NCBI GenBank assembly: GCA_045593845.1 | Contig: JAZNXK010000011.1 | Coordinates: forward strand, 97,198-161,197 | DNA: 64,000 nt | DNA from: Alphaproteobacteria bacterium | Lineage (GTDB): Bacteria > Pseudomonadota > Alphaproteobacteria > RF32 > CAG-239 | Direction: 5' to 3' | Shown: positions 11,127 through 22,071 of the stretch, in pieces | Position numbering within the stretch: position 1 is the first letter of the stretch | How the letters are laid out: the number at the start of each line of letters is the position of its first letter | The notes under the pieces: model-generated | Told to the model about the DNA's origin: nothing | Databases searched by the model: none | The model's input: only the letters and a program-made list of their open reading frames with translations | Made by a program: the position numbers and the translations under genes

Positions 11127-11555
11127 ATGTTAAGTCCAAAAAGATTAAAATTCCGCAAGCAACACAAAGGCCGTATTCACGGCTTGGCTAAAGGTGGTGC
11201 GGAATTGAGTTTCGGAGCATATGGATTGAAGGCTTTGACACCTGATCGTATTACAGCTCGCCAAATTGAGGCAGCTCGTCGTGCGATTACGCGTGAAATG
11301 AAAAGAGCCGGAAGAGTATGGATTCGAATTTTTCCAGATGTACCAGTATCTGATAAACCTGCCGAAGTTCGTATGGGTAAAGGTAAAGGTTCTATCGAAT
11401 ATTGGTGCGCCAGAGTAAAACCAGGCAGAATTATGTTTGAAATTGATGGTGTTCCAGAGGAAGTTGCAAGAACAGCTTTTGCTTTGGGTGCAGCCAAACT
11501 TCCAATTAAAACAAAGTTTGTAAAACGCCTTAATTCTGACCAAGGAGTAGCATAA
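11127..11555 (+). CDS. rplP: 50S ribosomal protein L16
   Basis: [17 protein letters not shown]-terminus. Confidence 0.95.
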   Translation: MLSPKRLKFRKQHKGRIHGLAKGGAELSFGAYGLKALTPDRITARQIEAARRAITREMKRAGRVWIRIFPDVPVSDKPAEVRMGKGKGSIEYWCARVKPGRIMFEIDGVPEEVARTAFALGAAKLPIKTKFVKRLNSDQGVA

Positions 11556-11556
11556 G

Positions 11557-11754
11557 ATGGCAAAAACAAAAGAACTTCGCAGTATGAGTGTTGATGAATT
11601 GGAAGCAAAATTGCTTGAAGCAAAAAAAGAGCAATTTAACTTGCGCGTTCAACATTCTACCGGACAGTTGCAAAATACTGCAAGTATGCGCAAAGTCCGT
11701 CGCGATATTGCAAAAATCAATACGCTTATAACAGAGCGTAAGAAGAATAGTTAG
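11557..11754 (+). CDS. rpmC: 50S ribosomal protein L29
   Basis: Size, position and similarity. Confidence 0.9.
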   Translation: MAKTKELRSMSVDELEAKLLEAKKEQFNLRVQHSTGQLQNTASMRKVRRDIAKINTLITERKKNS

Positions 11755-11765
11755 GAGAAAAAGAT

Positions 11766-12005
11766 ATGCCTAAAAGAATTCTTCAAGGTGTTGTTGTTAG
11801 TGATAAGCAGGATAAAACCGTTGTCGTTAAAGTTGAACGTCAGGTTATGCACCCTGTTTATCGTAAATTCATTAAGAGAAGCAAAAAATATGCTGCTCAT
11901 GATGAGAATAATCAGTTTAAGATTGGTGATGAGGTTAGAATTATCGAATCTAAACCTTATTCAAAGACCAAGTCTTGGACAGTGTTAGTTGATAACGCCG
12001 AATAG
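11766..12005 (+). CDS. rpsQ: 30S ribosomal protein S17
   Basis: Similarity and position. Confidence 0.9.
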   Translation: MPKRILQGVVVSDKQDKTVVVKVERQVMHPVYRKFIKRSKKYAAHDENNQFKIGDEVRIIESKPYSKTKSWTVLVDNAE

Positions 12006-12020
12006 AGAAGGAATAAAAAA

Positions 12021-12389
12021 ATGATACAAATGCAAACCAACTTGGATGTTGCTGATAATTCGGGCGCACGTCAAGTGCAGTGCATAAAGGTTCTGGGCGG
12101 TTCTAAAAGAATGCATGCAACCGTCGGTGATATAATCGTTGTTTCGATTAAAGATGCTCTGCCTAAAGGCCGTGTTAAGAAGGGCGATGTCCATAAAGCA
12201 GTTATCGTTCGCACAGCAAGTGATATTAGACGTAAAGACGGTTCAGTTATTCGTTTTGATTCTAATGCCGCTGTTCTGATTAACAAGGACGGAGAGCCGA
12301 TCGGAACTCGTATCTTTGGTCCTGTTACCAGGGAATTGCGTGCGAAGAAATTTATGAAGATAATTTCATTAGCACCGGAGGTATTGTAA
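12021..12389 (+). CDS. rplN: 50S ribosomal protein L14
   Basis: [18 protein letters not shown]-terminus. Confidence 0.95.
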   Translation: MIQMQTNLDVADNSGARQVQCIKVLGGSKRMHATVGDIIVVSIKDALPKGRVKKGDVHKAVIVRTASDIRRKDGSVIRFDSNAAVLINKDGEPIGTRIFGPVTRELRAKKFMKIISLAPEVL

Positions 12390-12709
12390 TGAACCTTAAG
12401 TTAAAAATTAAAAAAGGCGATCAGGTTATTGTTTTGTCAGGTGATGACAAAGGCAAAACCGGTGAGGTTGTAAAAGCTATGCCGAAAGAAGGTAAAGTTG
12501 TTGTTCAAGGCGTTAATTTGGTTAAACGTCATACAAAACCGAGCCAAACTTCTGCAGGCGGTATTTTGACCAAAGAAGCCCCAATTAATGTTTCTAAAGT
12601 TGCAATTGTTGATGCTAAAACAGGCAAAGGAACAAAAGTTGGATATAAAGAAGTTAACGGACGTAAGGTACGTTTTGCCCGTAAGTCCGGTGATGTAATC
12701 GATAAATAA
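12389..12709 (+). CDS. rplX: 50S ribosomal protein L24
   Basis: KOW motif and position. Confidence 0.9.
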   Translation: MNLKLKIKKGDQVIVLSGDDKGKTGEVVKAMPKEGKVVVQGVNLVKRHTKPSQTSAGGILTKEAPINVSKVAIVDAKTGKGTKVGYKEVNGRKVRFARKSGDVIDK

Positions 12710-12722
12710 GGGATTTTGAAAG

Positions 12723-13262
12723 ATGACAAATTTTGAAAAATTGTATAATGAAGTCATTAAGAAAGCTCTTGTGGAAAAATTCGGTTACAAGAATCCACAC
12801 GAGGTTCCTAAGTTGACTAAAATTGTCTTGAACATGGGCGTTGGTGACGCTGTGGCAGACAAAAAGAAATTGAACAATGCGGCTGATGAAATGAGTTTGA
12901 TTGCCGGACAAAAGGCTGTTATTACTCATGCTCGCAAGTCTATCGCTACTTTTAAGGTAAGAGAAGGCATGCCTTTGGGATGCAAAGTTACCTTGAGACG
13001 CGAAAAAATGTATGAATTCTTGGAGAGACTTGTAAATATGGCTTTACCGAGAATTAGAGACTTTCACGGTATTCAGGGAAAGAACTTTGATGGCAAAGGC
13101 AATTTTGCTTTTGGTATTAAGGAGCAAATTATTTTTCCGGAAATCAACTACGAAAAGGTTGATGCTGTTCGCGGTATGGATATTGTAATCTGCACATCAG
13201 CAAAAACCAACGAAGAAGCAAAAATGCTTCTGACCAGTTTTAACCTACCGATTAAGAACTAA
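12723..13262 (+). CDS. rplE: 50S ribosomal protein L5
   Basis: Similarity and position. Confidence 0.95.
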   Translation: MTNFEKLYNEVIKKALVEKFGYKNPHEVPKLTKIVLNMGVGDAVADKKKLNNAADEMSLIAGQKAVITHARKSIATFKVREGMPLGCKVTLRREKMYEFLERLVNMALPRIRDFHGIQGKNFDGKGNFAFGIKEQIIFPEINYEKVDAVRGMDIVICTSAKTNEEAKMLLTSFNLPIKN

Positions 13263-13276
13263 GCGGGAGAGATAAT

Positions 13277-13582
13277 ATGGCAAAAACAAGTTCAATTTAT
13301 AGAAACTTAAAAAGGGTTGCAAAAACACAAAAATTTGCTGCAAGACGCGGTAAATTGGTTGCTGCAATCAAAGATAAAAATACCTCTCCTGAAGAACGTT
13401 TCAAGATGGTATTGAAGTTGGCAGAATTGCCGCGCAGTTCTTCAAAGGTTCGTATCAAGAATCGTTGTGAGAACACCGGTCGTTCACGCGGGGTATATCG
13501 CAAATTTAGGCTTTGCCGTAACGAATTGAGAAGAATGGCAGGCTTCGGCGAAATCCCCGGTTTGGTTAAATCAAGCTGGTAG
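13277..13582 (+). CDS. rpsN: 30S ribosomal protein S14 (long, 101-aa form)
   Basis: Similarity and position. Confidence 0.9.
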   Translation: MAKTSSIYRNLKRVAKTQKFAARRGKLVAAIKDKNTSPEERFKMVLKLAELPRSSSKVRIKNRCENTGRSRGVYRKFRLCRNELRRMAGFGEIPGLVKSSW

Positions 13583-13596
13583 TAGGAGGTTTTTAG

Positions 13597-13995
13597 ATGT
13601 CTATGTCTGATCCTTTGGGCGATATGCTCACACGCATTAGAAACGCACAAAGCGCGAAGAAAAAGGAAGTTGTTTCTCCTGCTTCTCGCCTGCGTGAAAG
13701 TGTTTTGGAAGTTTTGAAAAAAGAAGGCTATATCTTGGGTTATGAGAGATATAATGTAAAAGCCGGTATTGATGAACTTCGTATTAAATTGAAGTACTTT
13801 GAAGGTGCTTCTGTAATTAAAGAAATTTACCGCGTATCAACTCCGGGACGTCGCGTTTATTCAAGCGTGAAAGATTTGCCGAGAGTATATAACGGCTTGG
13901 GTATTTCCATTGTTTCTACTCCGCAGGGAGTTATGAGTGACAGTGATGCTCGCAAAGCTAATGTCGGTGGTGAAATTCTTTGTCAGGTATTTTAA
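13597..13995 (+). CDS. rpsH: 30S ribosomal protein S8
   Basis: [13 protein letters not shown] motif. Confidence 0.95.
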   Translation: MSMSDPLGDMLTRIRNAQSAKKKEVVSPASRLRESVLEVLKKEGYILGYERYNVKAGIDELRIKLKYFEGASVIKEIYRVSTPGRRVYSSVKDLPRVYNGLGISIVSTPQGVMSDSDARKANVGGEILCQVF

Positions 13996-14007
13996 GGGAG
14001 AATTGGT

Positions 14008-14547
14008 ATGTCTAGAGTTGGAAAATATCCAGTTGTTATCCCTGCCGGTGTTGAAGTTAAAATTGAAAATAATACGGTTATTGCAAAAGGTAAAAACGGT
14101 GAATTGTCTTTTTCTTTTGACGATAGCCATGTCAGCACCAAATTGGAAGAAAACAAAATTGTGGTTACTCCGTTGAGTCAATCACAACAAGCCAGAGCTT
14201 TGTGGGGAACAACCAGAGCCCAAATAAATTCTATTGTTAAAGGTGTAAGCGAAGGCTTTACCAAGCAATTGGAATTGATTGGTGTAGGTTATAAAGCCAG
14301 ATTGGAAGGCTCAAATAAGTTGGTATTATCTTTAGGTTTTTCACACGAAGTTGTGTTTATGGCACCGGAAGGTATTAAGATTACTTGTGTATCTCCGACA
14401 CAGTTGACAGTGTTCGGCGCTAATAAACAACTTGTCGGACAGGTTGCCGATAAGATTCGCGAATATAGAAAACCAGAACCTTACAAGGGAAAAGGTGTAA
14501 GATATACTGATGAATATGTTCGTCGTAAAGAAGGCAAGAAGAAATAA
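14008..14547 (+). CDS. rplF: 50S ribosomal protein L6
   Basis: MSRVGKYPVVIPAGVEV N-terminus. Confidence 0.95.
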   Translation: MSRVGKYPVVIPAGVEVKIENNTVIAKGKNGELSFSFDDSHVSTKLEENKIVVTPLSQSQQARALWGTTRAQINSIVKGVSEGFTKQLELIGVGYKARLEGSNKLVLSLGFSHEVVFMAPEGIKITCVSPTQLTVFGANKQLVGQVADKIREYRKPEPYKGKGVRYTDEYVRRKEGKKK

Positions 14548-14559
14548 GGAATAAGTCTG

Positions 14560-14922
14560 ATGAATACATCAAGAAAATTGTTTAAGAAAAGACAAGCCCG
14601 CGTTAGAACAGCTTTGAGAAACGCTGCAAACGGCAAGATGAGATTGTCGGTTTTTCGCAGCGGTAAGCATATCTACGCACAAATCATCGACGATGTTAAA
14701 GGCGCAACTGTTGCTTCTGCTTCTACTTTGGATAAAGAAGTCAGAACAAATGTTCAAAAAACTTCAACGGTTGCAGCTGCCACTGTAATTGGTAAAACTG
14801 TTGCCGAAAGAGCTTTGAAAGCAGGTGTAAGCGAGGTTATTTTTGACCGCGGCGGGTACATTTATCATGGCCGTGTAAAGGCTTTGGCTGATGCAGCTCG
14901 TGAAGCTGGTTTGAAATTCTAA
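14560..14922 (+). CDS. rplR: 50S ribosomal protein L18
   Basis: Similarity and position. Confidence 0.9.
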   Translation: MNTSRKLFKKRQARVRTALRNAANGKMRLSVFRSGKHIYAQIIDDVKGATVASASTLDKEVRTNVQKTSTVAAATVIGKTVAERALKAGVSEVIFDRGGYIYHGRVKALADAAREAGLKF

Positions 14923-14932
14923 GGAGATTGAT

Positions 14933-15496
14933 ATGACACAAGCTTTAGATCGTCGTAAAACAGAAAAGAAAGAAGAATTGGTTGAGAGACTGGTTCATAT
15001 TAATCGTGTAGCTAAAACCGTTAAAGGTGGTCGCACAATGTCTTTTGCTGCTGTTGTTGTAGTAGGAGATCAAAAAGGCCGCGTTGGTTTCGGTTCAGGT
15101 AAAGCTGCTGAAGTTCCTGAAGCTATTACCAAAGCTACAAATGAAGCAAAAAAGAATATGGTCCGTATTCCTTTGCGTGAAGGCAGAACATTGCACCATG
15201 ACATTCATGGTCGTTTTGGAGCAGGAAAAGTTATTTTGAGAACAGCTCCTGCCGGTACCGGTGTTATTGCCGGTGGTCCTATGCGTGCTATATTCGAAGT
15301 TTTGGGTGTGCAAGATGTGGTTGCAAAATCTTTGGGTTCAAATAATCCATACAATATGATTAAAGCCACTTTCAATGCCTTGACTTCGATTAATTCGCCG
15401 AGAATGGTTGCCGCCAAAAGAGGCAAAAAAGTTGGCGATATTGTCAGCCGCAGAGAAGGTTCTGTCAGCGCAAAAGTAGAGAAAGAGGAGGCTTAA
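14933..15496 (+). CDS. rpsE: 30S ribosomal protein S5
   Basis: [14 protein letters not shown] motif. Confidence 0.95.
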   Translation: MTQALDRRKTEKKEELVERLVHINRVAKTVKGGRTMSFAAVVVVGDQKGRVGFGSGKAAEVPEAITKATNEAKKNMVRIPLREGRTLHHDIHGRFGAGKVILRTAPAGTGVIAGGPMRAIFEVLGVQDVVAKSLGSNNPYNMIKATFNALTSINSPRMVAAKRGKKVGDIVSRREGSVSAKVEKEEA

Positions 15497-15499
15497 TCG

Positions 15500-15682
15500 A
15501 TGGCTAAAAAAACGATAAAAGTTAAGCAAATCGGCAGTGCAATCGGTCGTCCCGCTAAACAAGAAGCTATCCTTATCGGACTTGGCTTGAACAAAATGAA
15601 CAAGGTTGTCGAGCTGGAAGATACCGCCGCAATCAGAGGAATGATCAATAAAATTCCTCATTTGGTTCAAATAGTAGATTAA
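15500..15682 (+). CDS. rpmD: 50S ribosomal protein L30
   Basis: Size, position and similarity. Confidence 0.85.
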   Translation: MAKKTIKVKQIGSAIGRPAKQEAILIGLGLNKMNKVVELEDTAAIRGMINKIPHLVQIVD

Positions 15683-15748
15683 TCTGTTGGGTGGGCGACT
15701 TTGTTTTTTTTGAAGTCGTCTGCCTGATAAAAATGTTAGGTGAAGAAA

Positions 15749-16204
15749 ATGAAACTTAATGAATTAAAAGACAACTATGGAGCAACCAAAAATCGCATTC
15801 GCGTAGGTCGCGGTATTGGTAGTGGTAAGGGTAAAACCTCCAGCCACGGTCAAAAAGGACAAAAAGCTCGCAGCGGTGTTGCTATCAATGGTTTTGAAGG
15901 CGGACAAATGCCAATTTACCGCAGATTGCCGAAACGTGGTTTTAAGAATCCGTTTGCTAAAGTTTTTGCGGTTGTTAATTTGGATAGTTTGCAGAAGGCT
16001 ATTGATGCCGGTAAATTAAATGCTGAAAATGTTGATTTGGAAGCTTTGAATAAAGCCGGTTTGGTTAACAAGGCTCATGACGGTGTTCGTTTGTTGGCAC
16101 GCGGTGCTGTTAATACTGCGGTCAATATCTCGGTTAATTCTGCATCTAAAGCAGCGGTTGCTTTGGTAGAAAAAGCCGGCGGCAAAGTCAATATTGTTGA
16201 CTAA
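15749..16204 (+). CDS. rplO: 50S ribosomal protein L15 (start set at the ATG at 15749, after an AGGTGAAG RBS)
   Basis: MKLNELKDN...[20 protein letters not shown] motif. Confidence 0.9.
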   Translation: MKLNELKDNYGATKNRIRVGRGIGSGKGKTSSHGQKGQKARSGVAINGFEGGQMPIYRRLPKRGFKNPFAKVFAVVNLDSLQKAIDAGKLNAENVDLEALNKAGLVNKAHDGVRLLARGAVNTAVNISVNSASKAAVALVEKAGGKVNIVD

Positions 16205-16228
16205 AAAATAGTTGCTTAAATAGAATGA

Positions 16229-16264
16229 AAAAAGAGCAGTCGAAAGACTGCTCTTTTGGTTTTG
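16229..16264 (+). terminator. intrinsic terminator ending the r-protein operon straight after rplO
   Basis: AAAAGAGCAGTC gaaa GACTGCTCTTTTGGTTTT. Confidence 0.6.
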
Positions 16265-16345
16265 AAAAAATCTTATTTTTTTGCTTTGTGTTAACTTTTT
16301 TGGGATAGACTTTGGGAAGAAAAAATCAGATTGGAGGAAGGTAAA

Positions 16346-17311
16346 ATGATACCAGCAAAATTACATTCGGGTTCGCACATAAGAGTTATTGCGCCATCAC
16401 GTAGTATGGCGCTTATAAAAGAAGATTGTCGCAAAATTGCCAATGAACGATTAGCAAAGTTAGGGTTGACTGTTTCGTATGGTAAAAATGTTGAGAAATG
16501 TGACGAGATGTTATCTTCTTCTATAAAGTTGCGTGCGGATGATTTGAATGAGGCTTTTGCAGATAAATCCGTGGATGCAATTTTGACGGTTATCGGCGGT
16601 GTTAATTGTATGGAGATTTTGGACTATCTTGATTATGATTTAATAAAGAAAAATCCGAAAATTTTTTGCGGTTTTTCTGATATTACAGCCCTTAGTAATG
16701 CAATATATGCAAAGACAGGATTGGTTACTTATTCAGGGCCTCATTTTTCAAGTTTTGGGATGCTGAAAGGTTTTGACTATACGTTAGAGTATTTTCAAAA
16801 ATGTCTTATGCAAGATAAGCCTTTTGAGCTAAAGGCTTCTGCTGAATGGTCTGATGATCCATGGTTTAGAGATCAAGAGAACCGCAATTTTATTAAAAAT
16901 GACGGATATTGGCTCTTGAATAAAGGCAAGGCTGAAGGGCGTATGGTCGGTGGAAATTTGGGACTTCTGGATGAATTGAAGGGCACACCATATTTTCCGG
17001 ATATTAAAGATTGTATTTTATTTTTGGAGCATTGTTCGGAAGATGCTCTCTGGGCATTTAATCGCAGTTTGGAGGCTTTAATGCTGCATCCTGATTTTGT
17101 GACGGTAAAAGCGGTGGTATTCGGCAGATTTGAGCCGGAGCATAAAGTGACCAGAGAAGTGCTGGAGAAAATTTTGGCGAATAAAAAAGAACTGAAAAAC
17201 ATTCCGGTGATTGCTAATGTTGATTTTGGGCATACAACTCCGATTATAACTTTTCCGGTTGGCGGAAAGTGCCTAATCGACGGCGATAAAATTGAATTAT
17301 TGGAATTTTAA
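16346..17311 (+). CDS. LD-carboxypeptidase (peptidase S66) family protein
   Basis: N-terminal ...IRVIAPS... and overall S66 similarity. It occupies the place where secY normally sits. Confidence 0.6.
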   Translation: MIPAKLHSGSHIRVIAPSRSMALIKEDCRKIANERLAKLGLTVSYGKNVEKCDEMLSSSIKLRADDLNEAFADKSVDAILTVIGGVNCMEILDYLDYDLIKKNPKIFCGFSDITALSNAIYAKTGLVTYSGPHFSSFGMLKGFDYTLEYFQKCLMQDKPFELKASAEWSDDPWFRDQENRNFIKNDGYWLLNKGKAEGRMVGGNLGLLDELKGTPYFPDIKDCILFLEHCSEDALWAFNRSLEALMLHPDFVTVKAVVFGRFEPEHKVTREVLEKILANKKELKNIPVIANVDFGHTTPIITFPVGGKCLIDGDKIELLEF

Positions 17312-17317
17312 TGAAAA

Positions 17318-19324
17318 TTACTCGTTGACAAACATGGCGTTGTTGTAAATGCGCATGGCGAGTTTTTCGAGGTTTTTGATTTTATCGCGATAAATGACAG
17401 CTTGTTCAAAGTCGAGATTGGTGGCGGCTTCTTTCATCAATTTAGTGCATTCTTTAATTTGCTTTTCAATATCTTTTGCATCGCCGGCATTGATGGGTTC
17501 TTCTTTGGCATAGTCTGTTTCACTCATTTCGCGTAAAGTTGAAGAAATGCTTTTCTTTATGGTTTGAGGAGTTATGCCGTGTTCAAGATTGTAACGCAGT
17601 TGTTTGTCACGACGGCGGTTGGTTTCATCCAAGGCTTCTTGTATAGATTTGGTCATTTTGTCGGCATATAAAATCACACGACTTTGGGCATTGCGGGCTG
17701 CACGACCAATAGTTTGAATTAAGGAGCGAGTAGAACGCAAAAAGCCTTCTTTGTCGGCATCTAGAATGGCAACAAGTGAACATTCGGGAATATCCAAACC
17801 TTCGCGCAAAAGGTTTATGCCAACCAAAACATCAAAAATACCAAGCCGTAGGTCGCGAATTATTTCTATACGCTCCAAAGTATCAATATCAGAGTGCATA
17901 TAGCGGACTTTTATGCCATTTTCATTCAAATATTCGGTCAAGTCTTCTGCCATTTTTTTGGTTAATGTGGTAACTAATACACGCTCTTTTTTAGCAATTA
18001 TTTTTTGACATTCCGCCATAAGGTCGTCAATTTGATTTTCGACGGGGCGAACAAGACAAACAGGATCGGTCAGTCCGGTCGGGCGAATAACCTGCTCGGC
18101 AAAACTACCGTGGCTTTGTTCTAATTCCCAATCACCCGGAGTAGCAGAAACAAAAATAGTTTGCGGGCGCATTTTTTCCCATTCTTCAAATTTTAGCGGG
18201 CGATTATCCAAACAAGACGGCAAACGGAATCCGTATTGAGCAAGTGTAGATTTTCGATTACGGTCACCACGGAACATTCCGCCGATTTGGGGGACTGATA
18301 TGTGGCTTTCATCAATAAAGAGAAGGGCATCTTCCGGCAGATATTCAAACAAAGTCGGAGGAGGTTCGCCGGGAGCTCTTCCGGTTAAATAACGAGAATA
18401 GTTTTCAATACCCTTACAGTGATTGGTGGTTTCCAACATTTCTAAATCGAATCTAGTTCGTTGCTCAAGCCGTTGAGCTTCAAGCAGCTGATTATTTTGA
18501 CGGTATATAGCAAGTTGAGTTTCTAAATCTTTTTTGATGTTGACAATTGCTTGTGATAGTGTTGGGCGAGGGGTTACATAGTGACTTGCTGGATAAACAA
18601 CAACTCTTTCCAAATCGAGAATTTTTTTGCCGGTTAATGAATCAAACTCATAAATATTTTCTATTTCATCGCCAAAGAAAGATATTCTCCACGCGCGGTC
18701 CTCATAGTGAGCGGGAAAAATATCTAAAGTGTCGCCTTGCAGGCGAAAGGTGGTGCGAACAAAATTTTGTTGGTTGCGTTCATATTGAAGTTCTGCCAAG
18801 CGACGGCATACTTCGGTAATTTCAATTTCCATTCCAGTTTTCAGTTCACAGGTCATGGCGGAATATGAGGCAACGTCACCAAGACCATAGATGCACGAGA
18901 CAGAGGCGACAATTATAACATCACGATTTTCCAGAATACTTCTGGTTGCAGAGTTACGCATGCGGTCAATTTGTTCATTGATGGCGGAATCTTTTTCGAT
19001 ATATGTATCGGTTTTCGGAACGTATGCTTCTGGCTGATAATAGTCGTAATAAGAAACAAAATATTCGACATGATTATTGGGAAAAAATTCTTTCATTTCA
19101 CTGTAAAGCTGTGCGGCAAGAATTTTGTTGGGGGCCATAATTAAAGTCGGGCGCTGGCATTTTTCGATAATTTTTGCCATAGTGAAAGTTTTTCCGGAGC
19201 CGGTAACACCTAATAAGACCTGGTCTTTCAATCCCTGATTTATACCATTACAAAGATTTTCTATTGCTTGGGGTTGATCTCCCGCCGGTTCAAAAGGACT
19301 TACAATTTTGAATTCGTTTTCCAT
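17318..19324 (-). CDS. uvrB: excinuclease ABC subunit B
   Basis: 668 aa with Walker A GVTGSGKT, helicase motifs and a UVR domain at the C-terminus. Confidence 0.95.
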   Translation of the reverse strand: MENEFKIVSPFEPAGDQPQAIENLCNGINQGLKDQVLLGVTGSGKTFTMAKIIEKCQRPTLIMAPNKILAAQLYSEMKEFFPNNHVEYFVSYYDYYQPEAYVPKTDTYIEKDSAINEQIDRMRNSATRSILENRDVIIVASVSCIYGLGDVASYSAMTCELKTGMEIEITEVCRRLAELQYERNQQNFVRTTFRLQGDTLDIFPAHYEDRAWRISFFGDEIENIYEFDSLTGKKILDLERVVVYPASHYVTPRPTLSQAIVNIKKDLETQLAIYRQNNQLLEAQRLEQRTRFDLEMLETTNHCKGIENYSRYLTGRAPGEPPPTLFEYLPEDALLFIDESHISVPQIGGMFRGDRNRKSTLAQYGFRLPSCLDNRPLKFEEWEKMRPQTIFVSATPGDWELEQSHGSFAEQVIRPTGLTDPVCLVRPVENQIDDLMAECQKIIAKKERVLVTTLTKKMAEDLTEYLNENGIKVRYMHSDIDTLERIEIIRDLRLGIFDVLVGINLLREGLDIPECSLVAILDADKEGFLRSTRSLIQTIGRAARNAQSRVILYADKMTKSIQEALDETNRRRDKQLRYNLEHGITPQTIKKSISSTLREMSETDYAKEEPINAGDAKDIEKQIKECTKLMKEAATNLDFEQAVIYRDKIKNLEKLAMRIYNNAMFVNE

Positions 19325-19325
19325 G

Positions 19326-19841
19326 CTATGCTTGGCCGGCAGTTTCCATTAGAATCGGGTATAGTGCTTGTGCGGGATCCATTCCTTTGGTGAGCACAAC
19401 CTTAAAAATAGGATACATTCTCTCACATTCCTTAACGGCAATGTCGAAAATTTGGATAATCTGTTTATCGAATCGTGGATTTTGTTCATTACAAAAAACC
19501 GAATGGCGAAATACCGGCATTTTTTGTTCGGCCCAATAAGAAAAATGTCCTACCCAAAGATTTTCGTTGATTAGTGCCAGTAATTCAAAAATTTTACTTT
19601 TGTTTTCGATTTGATTTTCAATGTTCATCAAGCAGGAAATATGGAGACAGCGCATATTTTCTTCAAAAGAGAAAAAGACCAGCATATCATTCCATTTTCC
19701 TTGAATTTCAACCACAATTTCATTTGGGCTGCGGCGCTCCAGAGTATAGGAGTGCGCATTGAGAAAAGTCTCAATTTGGTCGATAGGATTAGGTGCAGGC
19801 ACTATATTTGCAGCCAGATTCATACATAACTCCCGAAACAC
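19326..19841 (-). CDS. hypothetical protein (possibly YbjN-like), translationally coupled to uvrB
   Basis: The ORF ends 1 nt before the uvrB start. The family assignment is a weak impression only. Confidence 0.3.
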   Translation of the reverse strand: MFRELCMNLAANIVPAPNPIDQIETFLNAHSYTLERRSPNEIVVEIQGKWNDMLVFFSFEENMRCLHISCLMNIENQIENKSKIFELLALINENLWVGHFSYWAEQKMPVFRHSVFCNEQNPRFDKQIIQIFDIAVKECERMYPIFKVVLTKGMDPAQALYPILMETAGQA

Positions 19842-20064
19842 GGTTGATTTAAAATGACAATCTTATTGTTAACATTTTAGAATCGAAAAAAAAATCGGGC
19901 TGTTAAGTTTTCCACCTTAATTTATTTTTTAAAAAATTAGCTGGAAAATAAAATTTATGAAAATCAATAAGTTATATAAGTAGCGTTGAATATTTTTTTT
20001 TAAATGTGGATATGTGCGGTAAAGTTAATATACTGTTTACTAATTAGTTTTTAGCGGAGGTTTA

Positions 20065-20856
20065 ATGATTGGTTTTGATTTTCCGGCGGTGTCTCCGGTT
20101 GCTTTTTCAATCGGCGCTTTGATGATAAGATGGTATTCTTTGGCATATTTATTCGGAATTATTGCGGCATGGTTGCTGGTTCTGCATATGATTAAAAAAT
20201 ATAATTTATCTCTTTCAAAGCAGCAGGTTGAAGATGCTGTATTTTATACTACGCTTGGTATTATTCTCGGTGGCAGATTGGGATATGTGTTGTTTTACGG
20301 AGGAAACTATTTTTGGCATCATCCTTTGCAAATATTGGCGATTTGGCATGGTGGAATGTCTTTTCACGGAGGAGCTGTCGGAGCTGTACTCGGACTTTTA
20401 TACACCTCATATTCACGTAAGGTAAGTTTTTGGTTGTTGGCTGATTTGGCTGCATTATTTGCTCCGATAGGATTATTTTTAGGGAGAATCGCCAATTTTA
20501 TTAATGATGAGTTGTGGGGCAGAGTTACGGATTTGCCATGGGCAGTGCGTTTTCCGAGCGGTGGAGGTTTACCAAGGCATCCCTCACAATTATATGAAGC
20601 ATTTTTGGAAGGGGTAGTTATTTTTGCGGTTTTAAATATTCTTTGGCGAATTCCGAAAATCAGAGAAAAAAGAGGAACGGTTTCTGCATTGTTTGTTTTG
20701 ATGTATGCGGTGTTTCGTTTCTTGGTAGAGTATGTGAGGGAGCCGGACGAACAATTAGGATTTTTGTGGCTCGGACTAACCATGGGACAATGGCTTTCAG
20801 TGCCGGTATTTTTGTTAGGAGTTTGTTTGGTTTTTGTTTTTTGTTTTTTATTTTAA
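20065..20856 (+). CDS. lgt: prolipoprotein diacylglyceryl transferase
   Basis: Polytopic protein with the Lgt signature region (...HGGMSFHGG...G...). Size and family match. Confidence 0.8.
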   Translation: MIGFDFPAVSPVAFSIGALMIRWYSLAYLFGIIAAWLLVLHMIKKYNLSLSKQQVEDAVFYTTLGIILGGRLGYVLFYGGNYFWHHPLQILAIWHGGMSFHGGAVGAVLGLLYTSYSRKVSFWLLADLAALFAPIGLFLGRIANFINDELWGRVTDLPWAVRFPSGGGLPRHPSQLYEAFLEGVVIFAVLNILWRIPKIREKRGTVSALFVLMYAVFRFLVEYVREPDEQLGFLWLGLTMGQWLSVPVFLLGVCLVFVFCFLF

Positions 20857-22031
20857 GCCCGAGAAGTAATGTTTTGTGTAAATTTGTAAGTTTTTTGCAA
20901 AACACGATGTGCTCTTATGAATACACTGTTTACATTATTGTCACTGCGTTTTTTATCGGTAACACTGCAAGATACGGTTATTTTTAAGGGCTTTTTTATT
21001 TTGCTCAAGATGAAATCTGATGCGGCAATTTGTCGGCGAATTTCATCAACCTTTGCGAAAGATGTTCCCTTTTCGGCATTGAGAAATATTATTATAAATT
21101 CGTCGGGAGTGCATCGATATATTTGGGCTTCCGGCTCCATAAGAGAAATTTTTTTTCCAAGCATTTGCATAATGTTGTAAACTTCATTTTTATGAAAAGC
21201 CTGCAAAAGATGTTTGTAGTCATCTATACAAATAATTCCGAGACCATATTTCAAGGGCAGTTTTTTGGATTTTTGTTCAAAAGTGTTAGCATTGTCAAAA
21301 CCGGTTGCCATATCTTTGTGAGTAATGAATAAAAGGTGTTGTATAATACTGATAAGAGTTATAAGTGCTCCACAAGCAAAAAACAGCGCAAAACCTGATG
21401 ATTGCGGGGACAAGTATAATCCGATTGCTATTGATGCAAAGGCAAAAGTAAGTCCCATGTTCAGGATATTGTTGAAAACGGACGCATGCAAGAGCATGGT
21501 AAAAAAGGCGCAGATGAATAAGAATAAACCGAAGAGCTGTAAACCTATGCCAAAGTTTGTCGGTGTGGAAATATTTAATTTTATTCCGGTCTCGCTTAAG
21601 ATTTCGCCGAGAGAAAAACCTAATAAAATTAAGAAAACAAATTTTAAGGTTTCGTGAGAAAAGAAAGGATGATTGGGGAGAAAATAAAAAAGTAACATTC
21701 CCGAACAGCCTAAAAAAATCAGATTGTAGTAGGCTGGCGAAAGATAAAATATAATCCCGTAAGTATGTTTGAGATAATTTATCAGCATATAAGTCAGCAG
21801 AGTGCATATAACAAAAAATAAAGGTTGATTACTGTTGTTTTTTGCTAAAAGAATAATACTGCAAAAGCTGAATATATAAAAAAGAATGTGAATTATTTGT
21901 TTTATTATCGGCTCGAAAGGGCTAAAAAACATAAATGAACATACTGCAACAAGCAGTATGCCGGCGGGCAACCAAGAATGGCGCATCAAGGGGAAAAATT
22001 CCCGTAGGCAGTTAGTATATTTTTTCAGCAA
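20853..22031 (-). CDS. integral membrane protein with a C-terminal degenerate GGDEF domain (RCTPDEF in place of R[YF]GGEEF)
   Basis: About 8 TM helices, then GLGIICIDDYKHL ... IYRCTPDEFIIIF. The A-site residues are not conserved. Confidence 0.45.
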   Translation of the reverse strand: MLKKYTNCLREFFPLMRHSWLPAGILLVAVCSFMFFSPFEPIIKQIIHILFYIFSFCSIILLAKNNSNQPLFFVICTLLTYMLINYLKHTYGIIFYLSPAYYNLIFLGCSGMLLFYFLPNHPFFSHETLKFVFLILLGFSLGEILSETGIKLNISTPTNFGIGLQLFGLFLFICAFFTMLLHASVFNNILNMGLTFAFASIAIGLYLSPQSSGFALFFACGALITLISIIQHLLFITHKDMATGFDNANTFEQKSKKLPLKYGLGIICIDDYKHLLQAFHKNEVYNIMQMLGKKISLMEPEAQIYRCTPDEFIIIFLNAEKGTSFAKVDEIRRQIAASDFILSKIKKPLKITVSCSVTDKKRSDNNVNSVFIRAHRVLQKTYKFTQNITSRA

Positions 22032-22071
22032 TTTTATTCCTTTCAGAATGCGTATTATAAAATCGATAAGT

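Noticed and set aside
10403-11623. Antisense and alternative-frame ORFs inside the ribosomal-protein genes (e.g. 10403-10852, 11145-11543, 11177-11623)
   Set aside because: They lie wholly within well-supported r-protein CDSs on the opposite strand or another frame. The same reasoning applies to the antisense ORFs inside uvrB, pgk, eno, leuS, hydA and elsewhere.
16205-17311. A divergent secY hiding after rplO
   Set aside because: The only ORF there (16346-17311) is a soluble 320-aa S66 peptidase-like protein without the 10 TM helices of SecY. No SecY-like ORF exists anywhere in the window.
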